Source: an uncultured Bacteroidota bacterium (GTDB lineage: Bacteria; Bacteroidota; Ignavibacteria; UBA10030; UBA6906). From it: a DNA stretch of 64,000 nt. Below are positions 10,401-19,656 of this stretch, one piece after another. Location of the stretch: NCBI GenBank assembly GCA_963700635.1, contig CAVOYH010000001.1, forward strand, positions 416,001 through 480,000. Direction: 5' to 3'. A program made the translations under genes and the position numbers. The number at the start of each line of letters is the position of its first letter. Within the stretch, counting starts at the first letter, position 1. The notes under the pieces were generated by a model that was not told the origin of the DNA, ran no database searches, and saw only the letters and a program-made list of their open reading frames with translations.

Positions 10401-11322
10401 CAATATGCAGGGGACTCCCTATGAAACGGAAAACGCCGAGGCGGACATTTTTGACGGTCTGACTCTGGTGTTCAATAATTTCTGGACCGTCCGGGATACT
10501 CTGGATGCATCAACGGGCTGGGTGGGGAAGAGTGCGTACATCGTCAACGCCGGTCCGACAAATCTGCAATTGCTGGATCCCCCGTTGTTCGGTTACCGGC
10601 GTCCGGCTGATTACGAAATTGTCTTTGCCAACACCATTGTGGACACGTCAACGATCGGGCCGTTCCCGTATGACGTTTCCATTCCGGTGAATTTCCGGAT
10701 TCTTAACCGGACTGACAGTACGTACATCAAATTCCTCTTTACAGAGGGGCCTTCGCCGGGTGGGCTCAACAAACTCTCCCCTCTGGATGAACTTATTCTT
10801 ATGGAAAAGAATCCCCGGGGTGAATATTATCCGACATGGGATCTTTTCTTCCTGGCCAAGGTGGGAGATCCCGGCGATACTGTCTATGCTCTCGGGACTG
10901 GCGACAAGTGGATCTTCAAGACGACAAAACCATACCGGAATGGGGATGTGTTTGAGTTTGTGACTGAGCTCCCGCGCATTGACAATACGGTAGCCGGCGC
11001 ACTTCTGGACCGTATCCGCGTCGTCCCCAACCCCTACGTGACGGCGTCGAGTTTTGAACCCCCGCTGAATCCGGGCATCACCAGCGGCCGCGGGGAACGA
11101 AAGATCGATTTCACGCATCTTCCTGCCGAGGCGACAATCAGGATCTTCACCTCACGGGGTGACCACGTGGTGACCCTCCGCCATGATGGATCACGGGATG
11201 ATGGGACGGTCTCCTGGAATCTTAAGACCAAGGAAAACCTGGACATCGCATTTGGCGTCTATTTTTACATCCTGGAATCATCGGTGGGCAATAAAACCGG
11301 CAAGATTGCGATCATTAAGTGA
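7471..11322 (+). CDS. Large secreted hypothetical protein with Ca-binding DxDND-type motifs, an FN3-like domain and a variant T9SS/FlgD-like C-terminal domain
   Basis: 1283-aa ORF with signal peptide. DGIDNDGDAD and DGIDNDFDGLIDE motifs, PPDKPTLVAVPGDRQVTLYWD...FEGYKLYKS (FN3-like), and C-terminus IRVVPNPY...IRIFT...WNL...GVYFY...GKIAIIK. Starts 1 nt after the TBDT stop. Confidence 0.85.
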   Translation: MKTTRYVFFLILTTFLLAPSMLAQSGREYRRSAIMNGNQVRTVFGNWGVIGQPVDTRPRGAWKNDNNGYLGDVSPFVGAEVRWQDTTFRSVVSSPVARPTQLADLDPATGENWTFEPVGGYFASAPNQSIAVSNDNKTWPEFWPDKLSDGVDPGWRGSWNGYFGKRISADLETYFVMDDNVDRRFNFALNNARGIAFKPDSLNLSRNGLALDVRVRAMQWAQFLAQDNIFWLYEIANTGTTSYDRVVFGMLVGTYIGVTGSDGSPQEYDDDWSFYDVFTNITYTADFDRNTGRNPRWNQRFPVGMVGYAFLESPGNPFDGIDNDGDADSTTIGQASPVFESTSFDSTVIAAGARIILVRDDFSRVTFTVPNRDSVKIKTRGMRDSIWIYPGKTKLAEGNLVRDFQGNEVINRNAYDGIDNDFDGLIDENRFLHYQQFKRNRNFPFEVLLNVLRPVRHVSAATGGVANPLSMIDERRNDRVDNDADWDINFDDVGRDGIGRTAVNYPGPDFGEGDGLPTSGYDNSGNDTGLPGEPNIDKTDVDESDQIGLSSFYYFEPANVVRLGDDEELWKNLAPGFFDVPTSIVNNRPQRGEDGDFIYGSGYFPLLAGTTERFSLALVYGGGKGGSVQDDIDDLLKNKRTVQKIYDANYQFPTPPDKPTLVAVPGDRQVTLYWDRVAEASVDPVLRTRDFEGYKLYKSTDPDFSNIFTITDATGTPRGYQPLAQYDIANSIRGFFRASGELFQAAAGYSFNLGDDSGLKHTYVDREVENGRRYFYAVVAYDRGDELAGIFPGENTKPVRILSTGEVERDINVAVVTPNAQTAGYVSPSSGVSALHPSGPATGGVKFAIVDERKLTGHRYRVTFLDTQMDSVDNNANGKLDFSDSTEWNRITTFYNVEDMTQLSEQFISQDTANVSFNKKNLMPGTVTVRNQQGSVIDPANYILNTTRGSIRGAAPGTLPPGTYSISYRYYPVYRSPNMQGTPYETENAEADIFDGLTLVFNNFWTVRDTLDASTGWVGKSAYIVNAGPTNLQLLDPPLFGYRRPADYEIVFANTIVDTSTIGPFPYDVSIPVNFRILNRTDSTYIKFLFTEGPSPGGLNKLSPLDELILMEKNPRGEYYPTWDLFFLAKVGDPGDTVYALGTGDKWIFKTTKPYRNGDVFEFVTELPRIDNTVAGALLDRIRVVPNPYVTASSFEPPLNPGITSGRGERKIDFTHLPAEATIRIFTSRGDHVVTLRHDGSRDDGTVSWNLKTKENLDIAFGVYFYILESSVGNKTGKIAIIK

Positions 11323-11330
11323 GGATGACC

Positions 11331-12365
11331 ATGAACAGATTCCGTTTTACGAGCGTGACACACGCAATCGCCGGATTGCTGGTCGTCCTGAGCATACAGG
11401 AACCGGTACAGGCACAAACCAAAGTCGGGACCACGGCCGCGCAGTTTCTCGGCGTCTCTGTCGGCCCCCGTGCCATCGCGATGGGCGGCGCATACGTGGC
11501 TGCGAATGACGACGCCACTTCGATGTACTGGAACCCCGGAGCGTTTCAACAGGCCGGCAAATCGCAGGCAGTGTTCTCCAATACGGATTGGCTTGTCGGG
11601 ACGAAGTTCCGGTGGTTCGGGTTTATGCTGAATCTCGGGGACGAGAACGCGCTTGGTGTGAGCCTTACACAGCTCGATTATGGAGAAGAGGAGGTCACGA
11701 CGGTGGCTTCACCGGACGGTACCGGGGAACGCTGGTCGGCCCAGGATCTGGCAATCGGTGTTTCATATTGCCGGCGATTAACCGATCGGTTTTCCATGGG
11801 AGGAACCGTCAAGTATGTCGAGCAGCGGATCTGGAATGAAAGCGCCAGCACCTTCGCATTTGATCTCGGACTGTTGTTTGTAACAGGTTTTAACGACATG
11901 CGGCTCGGCGTCTCAATGTCGAATTTCGGCGGAGAGATGACTCTGGCGGGACGTGACTTGCTCCAGCGGGTGGATATCGATCCCTCCAATTCCGGTTCCA
12001 ACAAGTCGCTCGTCGGAAATTTGAAAACCGATCCCTGGGCCATCCCGCTGTTGTTCAGGGTCGGTGTTGCGATGGATGCCTACAAAGACGAGACCTTCCG
12101 TTTGACCGTTGCAGCCGATGCCTTACGCCCCAACGATAACGAAGAATCGGTCAACGTGGGGGGAGAGTTTGGCTGGAACGACATGATCTTCCTCCGGGGA
12201 GGGTACAAGTCTCTCTTTGGCAAGGATGCAGAAGAGGGAGTTTCGCTGGGGGCCGGACTAAAATATACTGCTGACGCGCTCGGTTCCATCGAGCTGAATT
12301 ATGCGTACACGAATTTTGGACTTTTTGGCAATATTAACACCATCGCCCTTTCGGTCGCATTCTGA
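11331..12365 (+). CDS. PorV/PorQ-family (UPF0164-like) outer-membrane beta-barrel (start could be 11319 or 11325)
   Basis: Signal peptide followed by KVGTTAAQFLGVSVGPRAIAMGGAYVAANDDATSMYWNPG, the N-terminal signature of PorV/FadL-like barrels. Alternating beta strands and a terminal Phe. Confidence 0.85.
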   Translation: MNRFRFTSVTHAIAGLLVVLSIQEPVQAQTKVGTTAAQFLGVSVGPRAIAMGGAYVAANDDATSMYWNPGAFQQAGKSQAVFSNTDWLVGTKFRWFGFMLNLGDENALGVSLTQLDYGEEEVTTVASPDGTGERWSAQDLAIGVSYCRRLTDRFSMGGTVKYVEQRIWNESASTFAFDLGLLFVTGFNDMRLGVSMSNFGGEMTLAGRDLLQRVDIDPSNSGSNKSLVGNLKTDPWAIPLLFRVGVAMDAYKDETFRLTVAADALRPNDNEESVNVGGEFGWNDMIFLRGGYKSLFGKDAEEGVSLGAGLKYTADALGSIELNYAYTNFGLFGNINTIALSVAF

Positions 12366-12479
12366 CACTACGTACCGGAGGGCCGGGAGTTTCCATCATA
12401 CCATCCCGCAGAGAAAGGAGGATTCGGGAAACCACAGTCTGGAGCAGGGGCGATACGAGGGAGGCTGAGTCGATTCAGC

Positions 12480-12508
12480 TTGACGCGGAAAGGACAATTC
12501 TCTATTTT
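12480..12508 (+). promoter_or_regulatory. Putative sigma70-type promoter
   Basis: TTGACG-17 nt-TATTTT about 70 nt upstream of ATG 12579, which has an AAGGAG SD. Confidence 0.55.
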
Positions 12509-12578
12509 ATATGGCTGCCAACGGCGGTTATACTTTTCCGTTTATCTCACTAACCACAATCCACATAAGGAGTACTCT

Positions 12579-15500
12579 ATGAAACACTTCACAACGCTGT
12601 TGCTTTCTGTGCTGCTGGTTGCGAGCCTGGCTTTTGCCGGCGAGGAACCGGACACCCGGAAAGCACCGGTCGGAGCAAATCCCGGTGTGACCTTCGGGAC
12701 GGATGCCGGGTGGCTGCAGTTGACGCAGGTCACCCTGGCTTCCTATCAGTTCCCGAGTGTTCAGTACCTGGACACCGTGGCCTGGATTGCAGGCTACCGG
12801 ACATCCGCACCGCGGACTCCGCTCGCATACTATTCTATCAGGGGCGGAGATTGGAACAAGATCACGCTGCCCGGAGGAGACCGTGGGATCTTCCAGGCGT
12901 GGGATGCAAAACTCGCCGTGTATGCGGGTTTTGACGGTAAGATCTGGCGCACAACAACCGGCGGAACATCCTGGGACAGTGTCTATTACTACGGTGCCGG
13001 AGCCGGTTTCTTTGATGGCGTCAAGTTCGTCAGCAAGGACACTCTGGTCGCATTTGGTGATGCAGACGGAAGCGGTATGTGCGTCGTCCGCAGCACCGAC
13101 GGCGGAGCAACCTGGACCCGGAATGCAAGCCTGCCGGTGGCATTCAGTGGGAAGTCGTACTCCTTTGCGACGTACGGTCAGGCAATGGAGACATACGGCA
13201 ACAGCGTGTGGTTGACTGCCTACACTTCCGGGACACTGCCCGAGATCGCACGTTCAACGGATGCCGGTGCGACCTGGACTTCCTCGTCGGTGTCATTAAC
13301 AGGTGGCATAGCCAACAACTACTACGTCCGTTCAATCAACTTCCTGAACGACACCGTCGGTTATATTGTTGACCGTGCTGCGACCGCCGCCAATTTCGGG
13401 TACATTCACAAGACGACCGATGGTGGTCTTACCTGGAGTGACTCGATTGCGGTGAATCCTGCCGCGTCTCATTCGACGCAGGAATTACGCTCCGCAAAGC
13501 CGATCCGTGGCACGAACATCGTGGTCGTCACCGGACAGGACTTTACGGTTGCTACGGCAAATCGTGGTCGTGTTTGGTGGTCCACCGATGCCGGCTCCAC
13601 ATGGGATCCCGTTGCGGCAATCGGACCCGAACTCTGGAATTCTTCATTCAAGAGTGCGTCTGAAGGTCTCGCAATCGGTACCCAGAATGCTCTCAAATTC
13701 ACGAGCAAGAATGTCCGCAAGGTGGTCTTCAATCTGAACACCTCTACCGTGCCTGATACGTTGCCTGTCACAGGACAGACCGTCCAGATGCGGGGTGGTG
13801 TGAACCATGCCGGCGGATTCTCACCGATTACCTGGGGCAATGATGCTCAGAATAACTTGACCAAAATCGGTGGCGACTACTGGCAGAAGACCATGTATTT
13901 GCAGGCGGGCGATACGCTGCGCTACAAATACGTGATTGCGTACAGCTCGGGAACAGGCTGGGAAGGTGGCGTTGTCCCTGCAGATTTCCCTGCCGCAACG
14001 AATGCAGATCGTTCGTTTATCGTGCCTGACATGGACACGACGCTCAACGTCGAGTTCTGGAACAACGGCGCCGGTACGCGGGCACAGTATTTCCGCCCAT
14101 GGGCGGCCGCGGCGGATTCATTCTTTACGGTCTACTTCCGCGTGAATATGAACGGCATCATTTCCGCCGGATCATATGGATACAACGGTGATGTGGATAC
14201 GCTGGCCGTGCGCGGTGGCGGCTCCGCGGGAAGTGATCTTGATTGGGGACGGTCCTCGTATCTGCTACGCGAATCCCCGGCCTCCAACGGCGACGGCTAC
14301 ACAAGCGCAGCCAATGTCTTTCTGGTCGGGTGGTCTCAAGATTAAGAAGGCCGGTCTGACAGAGGGATCGACCATCGGATTCAAGTATCTTATTGGCTCC
14401 GATTGGAACCGTCCGAACGGGTCGAAGGCTGATGAAACCACCGACCGTAACTTCAAGGTCCCCATGGGATTCAAGGATACCACGCTGACATGGGTGTATT
14501 TCAACAACGATCGCCCTCAGGCCCGTGCGAATCCCGATACGGTAAAGATGACGTTTATTGCAAACCTCGCCCAGGCCGCATCCAGTGGCGGGTTTAACGT
14601 CACGACCGATACGTTGTATGTGCGTACCGGATATTTCAGCACTTCGAATGAATCCGGCCGGAGCAAACAAATGCTTCGACTCTCCGGCACGATCTTCCAG
14701 GTGGTAGACACAGTGATCACCGCGAAGAACAAGATGCTGGATTATCAGTACTACACCGTGCGGAACGGGCAGGACGTCCGTGAGAACTACTACAACTTCT
14801 ACTACACCGGCCCGGTCGCTTCAGAAGCCGAACGGCGTCAGATTCTTATCGACTCGATTAGCCTCGAAGACAAACGGCATGACCGTACGCGACACAGCGA
14901 CAAGCATCACCCAGGCACGGCGCCAGCCGGTATTCTCAAACGCCCGCCTGCTTGCCAGGAACGTCAACGTGAAGTGGGAAGTCGACCTGCGTCCGGCATA
15001 CTACCAGGTGCACCTCGGTGGCGACTCGCTGTCGGATATCCAGGGTACGTTTACCATCCGTGTGGCGGACAAAGACTCCATCATGAAGTGGGGAGTCTGG
15101 ATGAACGGTCCGGCAGTCGGTGGCTGGAGTAACGATGGTGGTGACTGGGGTATTTCGCTTTCGAACAACCTGGCAAAGAAGCTGTTTGACAATGGCACAA
15201 ACGGCGACCGTGTTGCCGGCGACTCCATTTTCACGCGGCAGGTTCTTGCCTCACCCGACAGCGTCGCGATCGGAAGCAAAGACCGCGTAGGCCAGACCTT
15301 CAAGTTTGGTATCCGCGGCGGCGACAATGAAGGTGGTAGCGGCGGATTCGGAAACAACCACAATGAGAATATTGTGGATACCGACTACGATCTACACGGT
15401 CAGCAATCAGTTCGGCAGCATCAACCCGGCATTCTATGATGCATGGGATTATGATCTTCGCAGGCCCAAAACTCCGACCAGCGTGTTCGATCCGGACAAG

Positions 15501-15767
15501 CCGTTGGTGTTTGAACTTGCGCAGAACTATCCAAACCCCTTCAATCCGACAACAAAGATCGAATACTCCATCCCGTTGCAGGCACAGGTGGAGCTGAGGA
15601 TCTATAATGTGGTCGGTCAGGAAGTGGCGATACTGGTGAACGAAATTCAGAAGCCAGGCGTCCACGACGTGAAATTCGAAGCATCGAAGCTCGCGAGTGG
15701 TGTCTACTTCTACCGGCTCGTTGCCGGTACATTCACAAGTGTCAAGAAGATGGTGCTGTTGAAGTAA
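12579..15767 (+). CDS. T9SS type-A secreted protein (~1060 aa): Asp-box/BNR beta-propeller plus tandem CBM20-like repeats; interrupted by three +1 frameshifts
   Basis: Joins track ORFs 12480, 14176, 14780 and 15306. Signal peptide MKHFTTLLLSVLLVASLAFA, Asp-boxes (RSTDGGATW, KTTDGGLTW, STDAGSTW), repeated V.F.(V/L)N...RGG...W...YKY...DR.F.VP..DTTL units, and CTD FELAQNYPNPFNP...GVYFYRL...KKMVLLK. Shifts near 14320, 14857 and 15385. Confidence 0.8.
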
Positions 15768-15794
15768 ACGGTTCGGCATCGTGCTGATGCCCGG

Positions 15795-15831
15795 CAAGGC
15801 GGTTCCGGCTCTCGGGGCCGCCTTGTTTTTT
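15795..15831 (+). terminator. Rho-independent terminator
   Basis: Stem CAAGGCGGTTCCG / CGGGGCCGCCTTG (two G-U pairs) followed by a T run, about 27 nt after the stop. Confidence 0.85.
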
Positions 15832-15860
15832 GTCTACGAATTGAGCGCTTCTGACCCACG

Positions 15861-17675
15861 ATGATCCGAATCCTTGTCCTCCTGCTCCTCGCTGCACGTC
15901 TCCTTTTCGCACAGTCGGGAGGTGCGCCCGATGCGGTTATCGCGCGCGCAGGAAACGTTTTTGTCTCCGAACAGGAGTTTCTGAAACGGTTTGAGCTTAC
16001 CCCGGGACTTTACCGCCATCGAAAACCGCAACTGGAACAGGAAAAGCTCCAGCTGCTGTACTCCATGGTGGCAGAGAAACTGCTTGCCCAGGAAGCCCAA
16101 CAACGAGGATGCGATACAGCGGCTCTCTATCGCGGAGCCGTAGCAGAAACCGTAAAACTGCTTGCCCGTGATGCGTTGTACCGTCAGGAAGTCCGGGAGA
16201 AAGTCGTGGTAAGCTCTTCCGAAATCAAGGAAGGGATTACACGCGCCCGCGTCCAGCGCCTTGTCGCGTTCTGGTTCTTCGAAGAGGAGAATGATGCGCG
16301 TTTTGTACGTTCACAGATCCAATCGGGTTCGGATTTTGACCGCTTTGTTCTCGACACGAACATGCTGGCAGTGCGTGATACCGCCACGGTACTCTGGGGC
16401 GATGCGGAACAGTCTGTCGAAGATGCCGCCTATCAACTCCAGCAGGGGGGTGTCTCACCGGTAGTGCCCGCAGGCGATGGGTTCTACATCCTTCGCCTGC
16501 TTGCGGTGAACCAGAATCCTGTTCTGATGTCTCTCCCGCCACTTACGCTTCGTGAGCGTGTGATCAGCACGATCCGACAGCGGAAGGAGCGCGTTCGGGA
16601 AGCCGAAGTGATCACCGGTCTGCTCCGCGCACACTCCGCCTTCTCTCCGCCTGCGCTGTTCCGCCGTGTGGCGGACAGTCTGGCATCGGTGTTTCATGCG
16701 TCGTATGCTGCACCCGCGACCGCGCTTTCCCCCGCAATGGGCGCCGAAACGCTCCGGAGACTGCACGCTGTCGCCGATGATACACTGATCGTTGCGGGCC
16801 CGGCCGCATGGAGTGTGCGGGAAGCCCTTGAGAAACTCGTACGCAGAGGGTTCAGCGTGCACGGCGATTCTGTGCGGGGAGTAGCGGCCCGACTGTACAC
16901 CGTCTTCCGGGAGTGGACCCACCATGAGCTCCTTGCCCAGGAGGCCCTCGCGCGCGGGCTCGAGAAGGACCTCTCCGTGCAACAACGCCTTGCCCCCTGG
17001 AAAGACCACCTTCTTGCCGGCATGGTCCAACGGCGTATCCATGAAACTCTGGATGTCGCCGATGCAGAGGTCTTTGCCTACCTTCAGAGCACTGATTCGT
17101 CGCTCGTGATACCTGAAGTCCGTCTCCGCCTCCTGCGCACACGTACCTTCGAACAGATGGACGCAGCCTTCCGCGCCCTGGAGAAAGGGGTTCCGTTCGA
17201 CAGCGTGATTGCAGAGATGTCAGATGATCTTCTGTCGCGCCCTCGGCGCGGAGATACCGGGTTCTTCCCTGTCACGGACCGGTATCCCCTCGGACTTATC
17301 GGATCCCGTCTTGAACCGGGGGAGTTTTATGGGCCTCTTCGGGATTCGAGCGGTTATGTCTACTTTCAACTTCTGGAAACACGGAAAAACGCGGCATGGG
17401 AGGACACGGCGGCAGCCGCACGGTTTGCGCGCGCAAAGGAAGAAGTACGCCGCATGAAAGAACGCCGGGCTGTAACACTCTTTGTTGCACAATCCGCCCG
17501 GCAGCGGGGGTTTGAAATTTACTATGACAGGCTTCAGATGTTGAAGGTGACCCCGTTCCCCATGCTCGCCTACCGGATGCTCGGGTTTGGAGGGCGTATG
17601 TTCGAGGTGCCTTTTGTAGAACCCCAGCTCGAATGGCTCAACACCGAACCACCGGTCGAGGTGATCCTCCCGTGA
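15861..17675 (+). CDS. PpiC/parvulin-type (SurA/PrsA-like) foldase, probably with degenerate rotamase domains
   Basis: Signal peptide, AEKLLAQEAQQRG, VEDAAYQLQQGGVSPVVPAGDGFYILRL, and GVPFDSVIAEMSDD...RGDTGFF...LEPGEFYGP, which look like two rotamase-like repeats. Confidence 0.7.
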   Translation: MIRILVLLLLAARLLFAQSGGAPDAVIARAGNVFVSEQEFLKRFELTPGLYRHRKPQLEQEKLQLLYSMVAEKLLAQEAQQRGCDTAALYRGAVAETVKLLARDALYRQEVREKVVVSSSEIKEGITRARVQRLVAFWFFEEENDARFVRSQIQSGSDFDRFVLDTNMLAVRDTATVLWGDAEQSVEDAAYQLQQGGVSPVVPAGDGFYILRLLAVNQNPVLMSLPPLTLRERVISTIRQRKERVREAEVITGLLRAHSAFSPPALFRRVADSLASVFHASYAAPATALSPAMGAETLRRLHAVADDTLIVAGPAAWSVREALEKLVRRGFSVHGDSVRGVAARLYTVFREWTHHELLAQEALARGLEKDLSVQQRLAPWKDHLLAGMVQRRIHETLDVADAEVFAYLQSTDSSLVIPEVRLRLLRTRTFEQMDAAFRALEKGVPFDSVIAEMSDDLLSRPRRGDTGFFPVTDRYPLGLIGSRLEPGEFYGPLRDSSGYVYFQLLETRKNAAWEDTAAAARFARAKEEVRRMKERRAVTLFVAQSARQRGFEIYYDRLQMLKVTPFPMLAYRMLGFGGRMFEVPFVEPQLEWLNTEPPVEVILP

Positions 17676-19639
17676 GCAAGGCTGTTTCCATAAAACTTCC
17701 ACTCTGGAAGCGGATTCTCTTCAGCATCGTTCCTGCCGCACTTTTTCTGGTGCTGCTCGTGCTGGCGGAATTCGTCGCCCGCTGGGCCTCTCCGGTTCCT
17801 CCCGAGAGACTTGTCGATGAAGTGCAATTTGACGGAATCACCTGGTATCAGACAAACCGGTCGTTCCTGAAGAAGTACTTTCCGGCCGGAACTCCACTGG
17901 TGCCGGAGTTCAAGACCGGACTCTTCCGCAAGGAGAAAACCGGAACCACCTTCCGGGTGATGTGTCTCGGCGGTTCTACAATGTTCGGAACCCCGTATGA
18001 TATGAATGCCAATATCCAGGGGATCCTCCGGCGGCAGCTTCGTCACCGGTACCCGTCACTTGAGTGGGAGGTGATTAACTGGGGCGCCTCGGCGATCAAC
18101 AGCAACGTGATCAGGGATTTGGCAGACGATCTGCTTGCCTTCACGCCCGACCTCGTCATCATCTATATGGGCCACAATGAATATTATGGCCCTGACGGCA
18201 TAGGTGCTTCATTCCCGGAGCGGTATATTCCCTCGCTTACCCCGCTGAAGTACCGGATGCGGGAATTACGTCTTGTGCAGATTGTGCAGCAATGGATTGC
18301 CGGAGCAGCTCCGGATGCAGGGTCAGCCGGCAATCTGATGCGCCAGGTCTCGGGAGGCAGTCTGGTCCCGACGGACTCTGAGGAAAACACCCGTGTGCTT
18401 CAGCGTTTTGAGGCAAATCTGAGTGATATTCTTGAGACGTTTTCTGCGGCGCAAATTCCCGTGGTCATCAGCGATGTCGCTTCCAATCTTCTGTTTCCGC
18501 CGTTTGCAGGGGACAGCGTGATTGGCAGCCGGAACACAACAGAGTTTGATCTCCAGATGAGGAAGCTGTCCGGCGAAGGACGGTACGATGAGATGCTCGA
18601 TGTCATCCACACGCTTTCAGCACCCGACACACTGCACCCCTTTGCACTGTACTGGAAGGGATTCGCGCTCCGTGCGACCGGTCACCCGAAGGAAGCCCGG
18701 GAGTTGCTTCTGGGCGCGCGGGACCAGGACCTTCTGAAATTCAGGGCGCCCCGCCAGGTGAACACCATCATCCATGCCGCGAGCACGACGTACCATATTC
18801 CTCTTGTCGCAGCTGACTCATTGCTTGGAGCTGGATCCGGAGATGGAATTCCGGATGAGACAATGTTCTGGGAGCACCTGCACCCGACTCCCGCGGGTTA
18901 CTCCATCATTGCAAGCGGGTTTCTGGAGACGATCACGAAGAGCGGGATCGTCCGGGTACCACCCGCCGTTCTCACTCAGGTTCCGTTTCACATGGATTCC
19001 CTGCGTGTGTGCTGGCTGGATCTTGCATACGGAGACTTCTCGATACAGCGCCTCACCGGCAAGTGGCCGTTCGAGAGCTACGCGAGGACGCCTCTTGTGT
19101 TGCTGAACGCGGACCCTCAACAGTTGAGTATCGTACGGGATACGTATGCGCGCGTCTTACAATGGAACGAGGCCTGCTACGCGTCAGCGAAAACATTCTG
19201 GAGGATGGGCAGGCTCCGTGATGCTCTCACGACGTACGAAGCGATGCTGGAAGAGTATCCGTACAGCTTCTATACGAACTATCTTGCGGGAAGCCTGTTG
19301 AACACGATGGGAGAAGGGGACCGGGCGATCGGATACCTGAAACAGTCCATAAGCGCTAATCCTGAATACCTCCCCCCGCGCCTGGATCTGGGTTTGCTCG
19401 ATGTGAACCATGGGCGGTATGCCGAGGCGCTCGTGCAGCTCCAGGCCGTCGTGGATCAGGCGGGTACGACCCCGGAGCAGATGCGCATCAAAGCCAATGC
19501 CCTGTACGGAATCGGGGCCGCGTGCGCCAACCAGGGGGATATGGACCGTGCGGCTGCTGCAGTCGATCAGGCACTGCTCCTGCAGCCCGGATACACAGAC
19601 GCGTTGCGTCTCAAAGAAGCGATACGAAAATCGAAATGA
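17672..19639 (+). CDS. Membrane-anchored SGNH/GDSL-like hydrolase with TPR repeats
   Basis: GTG overlaps the upstream TGA. One N-terminal TM helix, CLGGST, INWG, YMGHNEYYG, EHLHPT, and C-terminal TPRs. Confidence 0.8.
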   Translation: MSKAVSIKLPLWKRILFSIVPAALFLVLLVLAEFVARWASPVPPERLVDEVQFDGITWYQTNRSFLKKYFPAGTPLVPEFKTGLFRKEKTGTTFRVMCLGGSTMFGTPYDMNANIQGILRRQLRHRYPSLEWEVINWGASAINSNVIRDLADDLLAFTPDLVIIYMGHNEYYGPDGIGASFPERYIPSLTPLKYRMRELRLVQIVQQWIAGAAPDAGSAGNLMRQVSGGSLVPTDSEENTRVLQRFEANLSDILETFSAAQIPVVISDVASNLLFPPFAGDSVIGSRNTTEFDLQMRKLSGEGRYDEMLDVIHTLSAPDTLHPFALYWKGFALRATGHPKEARELLLGARDQDLLKFRAPRQVNTIIHAASTTYHIPLVAADSLLGAGSGDGIPDETMFWEHLHPTPAGYSIIASGFLETITKSGIVRVPPAVLTQVPFHMDSLRVCWLDLAYGDFSIQRLTGKWPFESYARTPLVLLNADPQQLSIVRDTYARVLQWNEACYASAKTFWRMGRLRDALTTYEAMLEEYPYSFYTNYLAGSLLNTMGEGDRAIGYLKQSISANPEYLPPRLDLGLLDVNHGRYAEALVQLQAVVDQAGTTPEQMRIKANALYGIGAACANQGDMDRAAAAVDQALLLQPGYTDALRLKEAIRKSK

Positions 19640-19656
19640 GAAACTGCCTGCGTATG

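Noticed and set aside
4641-11322. Labelling the pair as susC/susD
   Set aside because: The receptor lacks the SusC signature. The downstream protein has no lipobox Cys, is about twice SusD size and ends in a CTD-like domain.
12480-12578. Track N-terminal extensions (also 4620, 17633, 24769, 29392, 39733, 50988, 51937)
   Set aside because: They overlap promoters or upstream genes. Downstream starts fit SD sequences, signal peptides or family N-termini better.
14310-15400. Programmed frameshifting or phase variation
   Set aside because: No slippery heptamers, long homopolymers or short tandem repeats at the sites. Three successive shifts would be needed to reach the secretion signal.
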